Assembly (NCBI GenBank): GCA_047150005.1
Contig: AP038806.1
Coordinates: 4,007,158-4,071,157 of the forward strand
Direction of reading: 5' to 3'
DNA: 64,000 bases
DNA from: Nitrospira sp.
GTDB lineage: Bacteria > Nitrospirota > Nitrospiria > Nitrospirales > Nitrospiraceae
In this document: positions 1-9,972 of the stretch, in pieces
Numbering within the stretch: position 1 is the first letter of the stretch
How the letters are laid out: every line of letters starts with the position of its first letter
Made by a program: the position numbers and the translations under genes
The notes under the pieces: model-generated
The model's input: the letters and a program-made list of their open reading frames with translations, nothing else
Told to the model about the DNA's origin: nothing
The model's database searches: none

Positions 1-20
1 TCGATGAGGATCGCGTGCGA

Positions 21-1361
21 TCAAGACCGCCGTGCGCCCGTCCCGAGTTGCGATGCCAACCCGGCGATTTCCCCAAGCTTCTTGGCCATCTCCTCAAATC
101 GCTTGGTCGCCTGTTGAGCGGATTGCTCGGTTTCCGACACATGCCTGGTCAACACCGCATTCCGTTCTCGCTCCGTTTGCAGCAGTTCCTCCAACTCTTT
201 GACCTTCGTCACGACTCCCTCAATTTCGTGCAACCGTCGCGAGAGCTCTTCGGATCGCTGCTGTTCCCGCGCGAGTTGTTGCGCCGTTTCCTGCGAACGA
301 GCCAACGCCTTTTCCATGGTGTTCATTTGCTCCACGAGCTGAGCGGCAGCTTGCCGTTCCGCCTGCAAAGCCGACTCGAATTCTCGGGCTCGCTCTGCCG
401 CCTTCTGAAGCTCGCCTATGCGCTGCATCTGCTGTTCCGCGCGATCCTGTTCCACATGCAGAGCTGCCTCAAGTTCCTGAACCCGCTCGGCCGTTTCCTT
501 CAGTTCCGCCGCCGTTTGCTTCAATGCGGTCGTCCGCTCTTGTTCGGCCCGCAACTGCACTTCCAGTTCGCTGACCCGTCCTTTGGAGAGCTGCAATTCG
601 TCCGTCAATTTTCCCGCCAGAACCGCCCGCTCATGCTCGACGGCCAGCTTGGATTCCAATTCCTGCATCCGACCCTTCAACCGCTGTACCTCTTCCGCGG
701 AGCTTCTAGCTTCCTCTGCCGATTGCCGGGCTTGCTCTGTCCGCTCTTCACCCTGGGCAGCCAGGGCTTCCAATTCTTTGAGACGACCAAGCTGACTTTC
801 CAGTTTGGCGAGCTTTTCTCCCAGGATGCTCGTCTGATCCCGCTCTTTCCGGAGATCGTCTTCGGCCTGTTTCAGTTGCGCCGCCATCCGGCGATAGGTT
901 TCGAGTTGCTCTTGGCTCACGCGAACGGCTTGATCGGCCTCGGAGGGAAGAGTCGGCTTGGCGGCAGGTTTAGCCGGACTGGATACGGGAGCCTGTCGTT
1001 TCGCCAGCAACTCGAGAACGCGGTCTTTTAGGGATGTTCCCTGGAACGGCTTCTTGAGCACGCCGTCTGCTTTGCATGATTCCGCCTGCTTGGCGACCTC
1101 GTCATTGACGATCCCGGAGATGAGGAGAACCGGTGTGCCGGCCAAGGCTGTCTGGGCCCGCACGAACGCGCACACCTCATAGCCGCTCTTATCAGGCATG
1201 ATGACATCGGAGACGATGAGGTCCGGACATTCCTTCGAAAGAAATGCCAGCGCCTCTTCCCCGTTCGCGGCGAGAGTCACACCCAATCCGGCCTCTGTGA
1301 GCAGGCGTTCGGCTACTTTCCGAACCGCGATGCTGTCATCGGCCACCAACACTTTCGGCAT
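21..1361 (-). CDS. Response regulator receiver domain plus long repetitive coiled coil (AglZ/FrzS-like architecture)
   Basis: N-terminal REC (VLVADD...IVSDVIMP...LKKPF), Pro/Ala linker, then about 300 aa of Glu/Gln/Ala/Leu-rich helix; last visible gene of the chemosensory operon. Confidence 0.85.
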   Translation of the reverse strand: MPKVLVADDSIAVRKVAERLLTEAGLGVTLAANGEEALAFLSKECPDLIVSDVIMPDKSGYEVCAFVRAQTALAGTPVLLISGIVNDEVAKQAESCKADGVLKKPFQGTSLKDRVLELLAKRQAPVSSPAKPAAKPTLPSEADQAVRVSQEQLETYRRMAAQLKQAEDDLRKERDQTSILGEKLAKLESQLGRLKELEALAAQGEERTEQARQSAEEARSSAEEVQRLKGRMQELESKLAVEHERAVLAGKLTDELQLSKGRVSELEVQLRAEQERTTALKQTAAELKETAERVQELEAALHVEQDRAEQQMQRIGELQKAAERAREFESALQAERQAAAQLVEQMNTMEKALARSQETAQQLAREQQRSEELSRRLHEIEGVVTKVKELEELLQTERERNAVLTRHVSETEQSAQQATKRFEEMAKKLGEIAGLASQLGTGARRS

Positions 1362-1405
1362 GTCCCAATCCTTTCACCCATCACTTACGATTCAATGTCG
1401 GCTCG

Positions 1406-1849
1406 TCACGGTTGTCCCAATCGTCGCAGGGCAACTATGTCGATGTCGACTCCATCCCTCGTAAAGCTTCCCATCGTTTCAATGTCGTGTCTGCGGCACG
1501 GCCGGACTTCCGATGCATCCACAGTGTGCAGCGAGGGGATCTCCGCATCGATGCAAATGGCCATCGGGCCGTCGGCATGACGAGCAACCAGACACAACGA
1601 CTCCGTGTCGGGCTGTCGATCCAACCGTGCCGCCAAATCGTACACCGGAAGCACGTCTTTGTCCCGTTTTACCAGAGAACCGACAAACGGGGTTCGGCTC
1701 GGAACGGGTACATCAATTCCCCATGCCGAGATGCCACCCACGTCCTCGGCCTTCGCCGCAAGTTTCATCCCACCAACGGAAAATACAACGACACTCCAGG
1801 ATTGTCTCGTTGAGACGGCCCGTTCCTGTTGTCGCGCGGCTCTCAGCAT
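1406..1849 (-). CDS. CheW-like protein (divergent)
   Basis: VVVFSVGG...VPVPSRTPFVGSLVKRDKDVLPVYDLAARL resembles the CheW core; operon context. Confidence 0.7.
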   Translation of the reverse strand: MLRAARQQERAVSTRQSWSVVVFSVGGMKLAAKAEDVGGISAWGIDVPVPSRTPFVGSLVKRDKDVLPVYDLAARLDRQPDTESLCLVARHADGPMAICIDAEIPSLHTVDASEVRPCRRHDIETMGSFTRDGVDIDIVALRRLGQP

Positions 1850-1869
1850 GGTCTATGCCTCTCCCATGT

Positions 1870-2364
1870 TCAGGCGACGAGACCGCGGCCTGCCACCGCC
1901 CTAGACGGCAGTGGGACCTCAGCTTCAAGTTCGCCCAAGACCCACTCCGGATCCAACACGATCGCCAGCTCATTTCGATATGGAATCATCCCCGTAATCC
2001 ACGTCCGCTCCTCGCAACGAAAATGCGGAGGAAGCGGCGTGCACTCCCGCCGATCCGTGTCAAGCAACCCCACCACCTCGTCGACGTGAATGGCGCCATG
2101 CGAGTGACCATTGGAGAAAAGGACGATCCGAAGGTCCGGGCTGGCGACATCCAATTTCGTGGAGAGTTGAGCGGCGAGATCCACACGCTGATATGTGATA
2201 CCGACCCAGTTCACAGTCTCGCCTTGCCCTGCCTGTTCCTTGGTCAGCACCCCCCGAACTTCCTCAGACGGCAACGCGCAGTAACGAGCGCCATATCGCA
2301 CCACCAATAAGCTGACGGCCTGCACATTCGTAGTAGCCGCCTTGAAATGCCCCCTCAAACCCAT
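1870..2364 (-). CDS. CheW-like protein (divergent)
   Basis: YCALPSEEVRGV, GAIHVDEVVGL, ITGMI...LAIVLDP are CheW-type motifs; follows cheA. Confidence 0.75.
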   Translation of the reverse strand: MGLRGHFKAATTNVQAVSLLVVRYGARYCALPSEEVRGVLTKEQAGQGETVNWVGITYQRVDLAAQLSTKLDVASPDLRIVLFSNGHSHGAIHVDEVVGLLDTDRRECTPLPPHFRCEERTWITGMIPYRNELAIVLDPEWVLGELEAEVPLPSRAVAGRGLVA

Positions 2365-2422
2365 GTGTACCGTGTCCTTCTCCTAGGAGCGGAAGATGTC
2401 CGCGATGAGGATCCGCCTCTGG

Positions 2423-5400
2423 TCATCCCTTTCGTACGGAACTCTCTTGTCCGATCCACCGTTCCAATTCCTGGATCAATGCCCGTTCTTCGACCGGCTT
2501 GGCGATATAGGAACTAGCGCCGATATTGATGGCCATCTGGCGGTGTTTGTCGCCTGCACGAGTGGTCATCACGATGATCGGCGTTTGCTGAGTCTGAGGC
2601 CTGCTGCGCAACGCCTGAATGACCTCATAGCCGTTAAGCTTGGGCATCTCGAGATCGGTTAAGATTAAACGGAACTGTTGCGCCGACGCTTTCCGGAGGC
2701 CCTCTTCCCCGTCCACGGCAGTCTCGACCTCATAGCCCGCGGTTTCCAGCATCCGGCCTACGAACTTTCGAATGCTGAGCGAGTCATCGATCAGCAGAAT
2801 GTGTTTGCTGTCGGCTCGGAATTCGACCGTCTCTTCGTATGGAATTTCGGGCTCATGGACTCCCGATTCTGCAGTCGCATCCTCGAGCACGGCCCCCGAT
2901 TGTGCTCCGCCGGACACCAGACGTGCCGGATCGAGGACCAGAATTACCCGGCCTTCCGGATCGATGGTGGCTCCTCCGAACGTCGATTGCGCGAGGGACC
3001 TCAGGGAGGCAATCGGTTTGATGACGATTTCTTGCCGACCCAGCAACTCATCCACCACCAGGCCGACCGGTCCGACGCCGGTCCGGACAATAACGACGGG
3101 TTTGCCGACTTCCACCGAACCGCCGGAACCTCTGACCAACATGCGTTGAAGAGGTTGTACCTCTATCGCTTCCTCTTCTCCGATCTGAATCACCGCACGA
3201 TCCCCGACCTGCTGAAGTGAGCTGCCCGTCAGCATCGTCACTTCTCGTACGCTCGGCAACGGTATGCCATATCGTTCACTTCCCGTCCGTACCATCAATG
3301 CCGTGGCGATCAACAACGTCAGCGGGAGGTGAAGCGTGAACTTTGTTCCTACTCCGCGCACCGACTCCACGTCGATGTGGCCATTCATGCTTTCGATGAC
3401 CCGCTTGACGACATCCATCCCCACCCCGCGACCGGCTTGATCTCCGACCTGATCCGCAGTCGAAAAGCCAGGCATGAAGATGAACTTGATCGCTTCCGCG
3501 TCGGACAGGTTCTTCGCCACGTCGGCACGAACTAATCCGCGTTCCATGGCCTTCGCACGGATCTTGTCGATGTCCAGCCCCGCCCCGTCGTCCTCAACCT
3601 CGATCAGCACCGCGTTGCCTCGATGGGATGCGTGTAGATAGATCGATCCGGCCGCAGGCTTGCCTTTTGCGACCCGGGCCGCCGCCGGTTCAATACCGTG
3701 GAAAACAGCGTTCCTCACCAAATGCACCAACGGATCAACCAGCCGCTCAACCACTCCGGTATCCACTTCGGTGTGTTCACCAGACGTGACGAGAGTCACT
3801 TCCTTACCAGTCGCCCTAGCCATCTCTCGCGTAGCCCGACGAAACCGCGTGAACGGTGTACCGATGGGTACCATGCGCGCCCGGGCGATCTCATCACGCA
3901 TAGCGAGAGTCAATTGCTGAAGCTGGCTCATATCTTCGTGCGATCGACGGATTGATCCGCTCAGCTGGGACATCGATTCGGAGATATCGGCCGTCACCTC
4001 GCTGATCCGGCGGGCCAGGATGTTGAAATCGTCGTACTTATCGAACTCGAGGCTTCCAAAGTCACTGAGTCCTGGGAAAAGGGATGTCCCGATGCGTCCC
4101 ACACCGGTGTCCATACCGGCGGGTCCTGCCGAAGGCAGTGTGAACGTATGTTTTTCTTCGAACGAACGGACCGAGTCCATCAAACGTCCTTTGAAGGCCA
4201 GCACCTGTTGCGACAGTTGTTCCAAGACACGCAGTCGCTGCTCGAGCCGGCCACGCCCGATGACCAACTCGCCGACGAGGTTCAACAGTCTCTCCAACCG
4301 ATCCCGGCTGACTCGAATGACCTCTCGATCCTCGGATCCGCCTTCCCTGCCTTTGCTTTCAGCGACTCTCGCCGTTTCAACTTCAGCCTGGTTGCTCTGC
4401 TCGGGAGACGGCATCATCGGAACAGATTGGACCACTACGGAGGCAACTGCTGAGCCGCCCGCAACAGGTTGCTCCAGCCGCTTCAGGCCTTGCATCGCCA
4501 GAGTAAACCGCTGACGCACCATTTCAGCCAGTGTCGGATCACGTCGCATCAGCAGCCGGACGACGTCCACCGCCTTCAACAACATATCCGCGTGGCCAGG
4601 AAGAACCTTTACCCTCCCCTCGCGAACCGCACCCATGAAATCCTCGACGTAATGGGTCAGGTCTCCGATGGACTGGAAACCTACTGTATAGGCTGATCCT
4701 TTCAAGGTGTGCGCTGTCCGGAACAGTTGATTGATAAGTTCGGGATTGGTAGGCTCTTTTTCAAGTCGCAGGAGCTGTGCCTCCAGGGATTCCAAGTACT
4801 CTTGTGCTTCGGGCGCGAAATACGACAGGACCTCCGGATCCAGTTGGGGGAGGAGATATTCATCCGTCAACTCCGGGACCGTCTCGGAAGTCATATCTGC
4901 CGCGTCGGTCGCTTGCGACGGTGGATCCATGACCGCCGTCGCCGTGCAGACCTGAGGAGGAACCGGTGCCGGGGCCGAGGCAGTCTCAACCAATTGTTCG
5001 CCTCCAGAAATGCGGCTCAGCGATTCGGTAACGGCAGGAACATCGCGCTGAAGCTCGGCAATTCTACCTTCATCACGGCGCATGAGCGTGCGGACGACGT
5101 TCATCGCCCGCACGATCGTATCCATCAGCGCAGGGGAAGCGACAATCTTCCCTTCCCGCACGGCGACCAGACACTCCTCGACATGGTGGGCCACATCTCC
5201 CACCACTTTAAAACCGATCGTATGCGCAGACCCCTTCAACGTATGAGCCGTTCGATACAGCGCAAACAGCGCGTCTTGATCCTTAGGAGATCCGTCCAGG
5301 CGTTGAATGAGAGAATCCATGGTTTGGAGATACTCATCTGCTTCGGGGGCGAAATACGAGAGGACGTCCGCATCAATCGATGGGACAAGGTACTGAGGCG

Positions 5401-5839
5401 ACATTGACGATTCTGCGCCCCTGCTCTCCACCGCACTCTCTGCAGACTTCGGCATGAGGCTTTCCACTGCTGTTCTCCATCGTTCGCTGGCGCTCAAGTC
5501 CTCTGGTCCACCCTGTTTTACGACGTCCAATTGCGCCTGAAACGTTTCAACCATGCCCCGCAGCATACCGACCGCGTTCGGCCAAGAAGATTCGGCAATC
5601 GCCGTCGCCTGCTCGAGCACGGATTCAAGGAGCGCACCGAGTGTGGCGAGTCCGGTGAATCCGTAGATCCCAGCAGCTCCTCGAACCTTGTGGGCCCAGA
5701 CGTACTGATTTTGGAGTTCTTGTGCCGTCGGAAGGGCGTCGCCGGAGGGATTCACGGCGGCCGACAAGGCCAGCGCAGCTTCGGAGGCTTCCATGACGAA
5801 AATATCGACGAGGGCCTGTCGGTCCAGTTCGGAACTCAT
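2423..5839 (-). CDS. cheA: Hybrid CheA/ChpA-like kinase: 3 Hpt, dimerisation, HATPase, CheW and REC domains
   Basis: WAHKVRG and two copies of RTAHTLKGSA (Hpt); LVHLVRNAVFHGIE, EDDGAGLD, FMPGFST, GRGVGMDVV, GTKFTLHLPLT; C-terminal REC (ILTDLEMP). Confidence 0.95.
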   Translation of the reverse strand: MSSELDRQALVDIFVMEASEAALALSAAVNPSGDALPTAQELQNQYVWAHKVRGAAGIYGFTGLATLGALLESVLEQATAIAESSWPNAVGMLRGMVETFQAQLDVVKQGGPEDLSASERWRTAVESLMPKSAESAVESRGAESSMSPQYLVPSIDADVLSYFAPEADEYLQTMDSLIQRLDGSPKDQDALFALYRTAHTLKGSAHTIGFKVVGDVAHHVEECLVAVREGKIVASPALMDTIVRAMNVVRTLMRRDEGRIAELQRDVPAVTESLSRISGGEQLVETASAPAPVPPQVCTATAVMDPPSQATDAADMTSETVPELTDEYLLPQLDPEVLSYFAPEAQEYLESLEAQLLRLEKEPTNPELINQLFRTAHTLKGSAYTVGFQSIGDLTHYVEDFMGAVREGRVKVLPGHADMLLKAVDVVRLLMRRDPTLAEMVRQRFTLAMQGLKRLEQPVAGGSAVASVVVQSVPMMPSPEQSNQAEVETARVAESKGREGGSEDREVIRVSRDRLERLLNLVGELVIGRGRLEQRLRVLEQLSQQVLAFKGRLMDSVRSFEEKHTFTLPSAGPAGMDTGVGRIGTSLFPGLSDFGSLEFDKYDDFNILARRISEVTADISESMSQLSGSIRRSHEDMSQLQQLTLAMRDEIARARMVPIGTPFTRFRRATREMARATGKEVTLVTSGEHTEVDTGVVERLVDPLVHLVRNAVFHGIEPAAARVAKGKPAAGSIYLHASHRGNAVLIEVEDDGAGLDIDKIRAKAMERGLVRADVAKNLSDAEAIKFIFMPGFSTADQVGDQAGRGVGMDVVKRVIESMNGHIDVESVRGVGTKFTLHLPLTLLIATALMVRTGSERYGIPLPSVREVTMLTGSSLQQVGDRAVIQIGEEEAIEVQPLQRMLVRGSGGSVEVGKPVVIVRTGVGPVGLVVDELLGRQEIVIKPIASLRSLAQSTFGGATIDPEGRVILVLDPARLVSGGAQSGAVLEDATAESGVHEPEIPYEETVEFRADSKHILLIDDSLSIRKFVGRMLETAGYEVETAVDGEEGLRKASAQQFRLILTDLEMPKLNGYEVIQALRSRPQTQQTPIIVMTTRAGDKHRQMAINIGASSYIAKPVEERALIQELERWIGQESSVRKG

Positions 5840-5890
5840 CCAGATCCTTTCTGACCCGGAGCGCCCTAGAGCGCTCCGGGCTCCAGACGA

Positions 5891-7765
5891 CTAGGCCAGT
5901 TTGAACTGTGCGACCGAAGAGGTCAGTCCATCGGCAAGTTTGGCCATGTCTTCAACGGTCATGCGCGCCGCATCAGTCGCTTTCTGAGTGGCGACGGCTC
6001 CTCCAGTGAAGTCTTTGATCGATCGACCCACCTGATCCGTCGAAGCTGTTTGACTCGCCGCAGAACTGGCGATGGTTTGGGCCAACTCGGCTGAACGCTG
6101 GGCAATACCTGAAATCTCGTTGAACACTTCACCGGTCCGGAGTGCGGAAGCAGATCCGGCTTCCACCGCCTGGGTTTCCTGTTCCATCGCCACTACGGCG
6201 TCCTGTGTTTCAGACTGAATGACTTTGACGAGATCGGCGATCTCACGCGTAGCCTGCGTCGAACTTTCGGCCAGTTTTCTCACCTGGTCGGCCACAACGG
6301 CGAATCGGGCTCCCGCTTCACCTGCTCCGGCCGCCTCGATGGCGGCATTCAGAGCAAGCAAGTTGGTCTGATTCGCGATGTCTCGAATAGTCGACACGAT
6401 CTGAGAAATTTCCAGTGACCGGTCGCCGAGCGCCTTGACCTGCTTCGACATGCGTTGCACGGCGGATCTGATGCTCTGCATGTCCTGCACGGTCTCCTGC
6501 ACCGCAACTCGACCTCGTTCCGTCGCTTGCAACACCTGCTTCGCTGACTCGGACGAGGCGCCGGCGGTTTCTGCGACCTGGCGCATCTGTGCGGCCAGTT
6601 GTTCGACCGCGCTGAGGGTGCGCACTGACTCGTCCGCTTGATGCTTTGCCGTGCCGGCCATCTGCCCGGCGCTGTCTCGGAGCGCCCCGGCGGACTTGTT
6701 GACGCGTTCGGCCGCTTCTCGAACCTGCTTCAGCAATTGCCCGAATCTCGCGATCATGAGGTTGAAACCGTCGGCCAGGTTGCCGAACATGTCCGCCGTG
6801 ACCTCACCGCGCTTGGTCAGATCTCCTTTTCCGACGTCGGACACGAGAACGAGGAAGCTCATCAAACGTTTCTGCATCTCATTCCGCTCGTCCTCGGAGG
6901 TGACGAGAGCGGTAATGCGGTCCAACATTGTATTGAACGACGCCGCCATCTGCCCTAACTCATCTTTTGACACGATCTTCGCGCGAGCTTGGTAGTTGCC
7001 GTTCGCGGCCAACTGGGCCACGCTGGCCACCTGACCGAGACCGAGCGCGAGTTTGTGGGCGACCCAGTAGCCGAGACCCAGGCCCAACGCCACGGCGACG
7101 AGACCACCGAAAACCAGCACCATCGTTCCGTTCCATGCCAGAGATTTCGCCTCGTCGTTGAGATCACCCGAGATCGCCTGCATGGTCTTAATTTGGTCCG
7201 CATGGCGGTTGGTGACGACATCATACGTAGGCGCGATGCTGACCGTGAGTGCCAACTGACCCAACTCCCGCATCTGCAGCGCTTGATTCTGCGTCAAGGC
7301 CTTCGAGTCGAAGCTTTCGGCGATGGCGGCGACGCCCGCCTCGGCCTGCGAGTAGAAAGCCGCGAGCGCTTCCTTCAGATCGCTCAATCCTTTGGCCTCA
7401 TCGAGGCCAGAACTCGACACCCGCAGAGGCTTGCCCTCATATGCCGCGATTAGGCTGTTCACCTGCTGTTTGTAGGGAGTCAGCTTCGCCGCGTCCGATT
7501 TGAAATCGGCGGCACGCGGCGCCTTCGATAACTCTTGGAGCGTCTCGTGATACCTATTGACGTTGAACAACAGCTGATTGAAATCGATCAGCGCAACCGT
7601 GTAGTCGGTATAGATTTCGTCGGCTTGCTGGCTGAGCTTCTTGTTCGTCCACACACCGAGTGACGCCATGATCAAGATGATGACGCCAATGACGCCGAAC
7701 GTCATCAAGAGCTTCGATTGTGTTTTCAGGTCCTCGAATCGCTGCATCATGCTGAACCTTGCCAT
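5891..7765 (-). CDS. Methyl-accepting chemotaxis protein (PilJ-like) with two TM segments, a periplasmic helical sensor and HAMP domains
   Basis: Signalling hairpin [42 protein letters not shown] motif [13 protein letters not shown]. Confidence 0.95.
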   Translation of the reverse strand: MARFSMMQRFEDLKTQSKLLMTFGVIGVIILIMASLGVWTNKKLSQQADEIYTDYTVALIDFNQLLFNVNRYHETLQELSKAPRAADFKSDAAKLTPYKQQVNSLIAAYEGKPLRVSSSGLDEAKGLSDLKEALAAFYSQAEAGVAAIAESFDSKALTQNQALQMRELGQLALTVSIAPTYDVVTNRHADQIKTMQAISGDLNDEAKSLAWNGTMVLVFGGLVAVALGLGLGYWVAHKLALGLGQVASVAQLAANGNYQARAKIVSKDELGQMAASFNTMLDRITALVTSEDERNEMQKRLMSFLVLVSDVGKGDLTKRGEVTADMFGNLADGFNLMIARFGQLLKQVREAAERVNKSAGALRDSAGQMAGTAKHQADESVRTLSAVEQLAAQMRQVAETAGASSESAKQVLQATERGRVAVQETVQDMQSIRSAVQRMSKQVKALGDRSLEISQIVSTIRDIANQTNLLALNAAIEAAGAGEAGARFAVVADQVRKLAESSTQATREIADLVKVIQSETQDAVVAMEQETQAVEAGSASALRTGEVFNEISGIAQRSAELAQTIASSAASQTASTDQVGRSIKDFTGGAVATQKATDAARMTVEDMAKLADGLTSSVAQFKLA

Positions 7766-7825
7766 GAGAATCCCCTCCTTCTCTCCGATCGTGTCCGGTG
7801 CCCTGGTTAGGCCCGTGTGCCCTGG

Positions 7826-8350
7826 TTATCTCGCACTCTCGAAATGCGAGAGCACAGCCGATGTTTCCAATACTCCTCTGAGTCGGTTGTCCAGCTTGAC
7901 GACCGCCGACACAAAAGGATTGACTCCCCCTCCCGTGTCAGTCGGCGCCGGCATGAACTGGTCTTTGGAAAGAGTGCGAATCTCCGGAACTGAATCGACC
8001 AGCACACCGACTTGCCAGGCACCATGCTTCAACACGACGGCATACCGCAGTGCAGCTTCGGTACCCAACCCGAACATCTGACGAAGATCGAGCAGCGGGA
8101 TGACCATCCCGCGCAAGTTGGTGACGCCGACCAAACCGGAGGGCATGCCAGGAACCGGAGTCACGGATTCCACGACAAAGACCTCCCGCACGTGCTGCAG
8201 ATCCACCGTAAGCAGTTCTCCTCCCAGCGAAATAATCGCTGCCCGCACGCTGGGCGACCCGGCTGGCTGAGCAGCAGCGGAACCGGCCGGCACGATCACG
8301 GCCGGTGATGGCCCCTGATTCAGATTCATCGAGAAGGACGACGCCGACAT
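7826..8350 (-). CDS. cheW: CheW/PilI-like coupling protein
   Basis: VTPVPGMPSGLVGVTNLRGMVIPLLDL, VGVLVDSV. Confidence 0.9.
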   Translation of the reverse strand: MSASSFSMNLNQGPSPAVIVPAGSAAAQPAGSPSVRAAIISLGGELLTVDLQHVREVFVVESVTPVPGMPSGLVGVTNLRGMVIPLLDLRQMFGLGTEAALRYAVVLKHGAWQVGVLVDSVPEIRTLSKDQFMPAPTDTGGGVNPFVSAVVKLDNRLRGVLETSAVLSHFESAR

Positions 8351-8354
8351 TGGG

Positions 8355-8717
8355 CTACCCGAGCACCCGCTTGACCGCGGCGAGGAGTTCCTCGCCTTTG
8401 AACGGCTTTACCACGTGCGCATTGGCTCCCTGCTGTTGCCCCCAGAATTTGTCGCTCTCGTTGCCCTTCGATGTACAGAGGATGATCGGAATGTTCTTGG
8501 TACGGTCGTCATTCTTGAGATCTCGGCAGGCTTGAAAACCGTTGCGGCCAGGCATCACCACGTCCATCACGATCAAGTCCGGCTTTTCGCTAATGAGCTT
8601 TTCTTCCAACTTGTCCGAATTGGGGTATGAGACGACGGTATGATTTGCTCCCTTCAGAAATCCTTCGATGATCTGAAGCTCGGCATACGAATCATCCACC
8701 ACGACGATCTTGCTCAT
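8355..8717 (-). CDS. Single-domain response regulator (PilH-like)
   Basis: IVVVDDS, IVMDVVMPGRNGFQACR, TSKGNESDKFWGQQQGA is characteristic of PilH; AAGGAG Shine-Dalgarno upstream. Confidence 0.9.
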   Translation of the reverse strand: MSKIVVVDDSYAELQIIEGFLKGANHTVVSYPNSDKLEEKLISEKPDLIVMDVVMPGRNGFQACRDLKNDDRTKNIPIILCTSKGNESDKFWGQQQGANAHVVKPFKGEELLAAVKRVLG

Positions 8718-8783
8718 CTTGTATTCTCCTTGGTGTTAACTGAGGTTTACTGAACATGATGCGGACGACCGCAGCCCTCGACT

Positions 8784-9521
8784 TTACTTCAACGGCAGTA
8801 CGACGCTGATCGCTCCGGCCAATTCTCCTTCCTTCCAGCCTTCCTTCTTATGGCCCGACACATCTCGTTCGCCCTTCGGCGCGCCGTGACAGCCCAGACA
8901 GGAGGCTCCGGCATATTCCGGATCCATCATGCGAAGGACGGGACGGCCGTCGACCATGGTGTTGCGAACGTAGGTCTGCCCTTTGGGATGGCGGGGATCG
9001 CTGAACATCCGAAGCACCTCCGCTTCAAAATCATCCGGCTTGTTGCTGGGGTTCCGGTAATCGCTCCCGGTAAGTTTCAACCGTACTCCCGATTTCTTGT
9101 AGAACTGCTCTCCGGTCCTTCTGGCAAATACGGCGGGGATGAAGCCCTTGAACGCGATACCTTGCTTGTTAATGATCGGCTGAGCCTCGTTAACGACTTC
9201 TTTTTCGGCTTCGATGAGGGCGAGATACAGGTTCGATTGCGGCACCACATTGGGAATTCTCAGGTCGATCTTCGTCCGTTTCTTGAATCGGTCGATGACC
9301 TGGGCTCCCATATAGTCTCCCGTGAATCCCTTGTCCGCCTTGGATGCATCATTGATGTTCGCCATCTGCTCCGACACCACTCCGCGGCCGATCTTCACCA
9401 GTTCGATCAGATGCTCGGCCACTTCTGCTTCATTTGCCGCCCATGCAGATCCAGCACAGAGGGTGACGGCCGCTGCAGCAAGAAGGCACATAGTCCGACT
9501 ACGGAAACATCTCGATTCCAT
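8784..9521 (-). CDS. Secreted single-haem c-type protein, DUF3365/Tll0287-like
   Basis: Signal peptide (...TLCAGSAWA), YRNPSNKPDDFE, CLGCH haem motif, GWKEGELAGAISV terminus; AAGGAGG before ATG 9521 (ORF track start 9665 is probably too long). Confidence 0.85.
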   Translation of the reverse strand: MESRCFRSRTMCLLAAAAVTLCAGSAWAANEAEVAEHLIELVKIGRGVVSEQMANINDASKADKGFTGDYMGAQVIDRFKKRTKIDLRIPNVVPQSNLYLALIEAEKEVVNEAQPIINKQGIAFKGFIPAVFARRTGEQFYKKSGVRLKLTGSDYRNPSNKPDDFEAEVLRMFSDPRHPKGQTYVRNTMVDGRPVLRMMDPEYAGASCLGCHGAPKGERDVSGHKKEGWKEGELAGAISVVLPLK

Positions 9522-9972
9522 ACCGCCCCTCCTTGATTGGTTCATCGAATCAATGGATTCAGTTGAGAATTCCTCTGTATTGAACAACACCGACCGCCGC
9601 AACCCTTTGGAGTCAGTCAGGAAAAGACCCGATATTGGCTCACGGCACCTCGGGCCGTTGTGCAAAGACTATGCTTATGGAAATGAGTCTGTACTTGCCC
9701 AGACAAGGTGAATAGAACCACATGCATTATCAATCGCTTACATCTCATGCTGAGCGAGAGAATCGTGACGGTTCGACGCGAGTTTATTCATCCTGTGACA
9801 AAATGATGCCAATCTGGCAAAAAATGATCACCGAGAGCTCATCCACGAAACCTCTCATAGGGACAATGTAGCAGACGGTCCCTGTGCGGCGGCTCTTGAG
9901 AGGGAGACTTGAACGGACTGGAGAAGGTAACGAGAAAGACCCCGCGGGCCTAGCGGGCAAAGCTCGGAGATC

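Noticed and set aside
15..1031. 338-aa plus-strand Leu/Phe-rich ORF
   Set aside because: Antisense shadow of the Glu/Gln/Lys-rich coiled-coil gene; no recognisable motifs
9851..9960. Nested hairpins (CTCTCA/TGAGAG, AGGGAC/GTCCCT, CCCGC/GCGGG) as a possible riboswitch
   Set aside because: No recognisable aptamer consensus; more simply explained as the cob operon terminator plus promoter sequence
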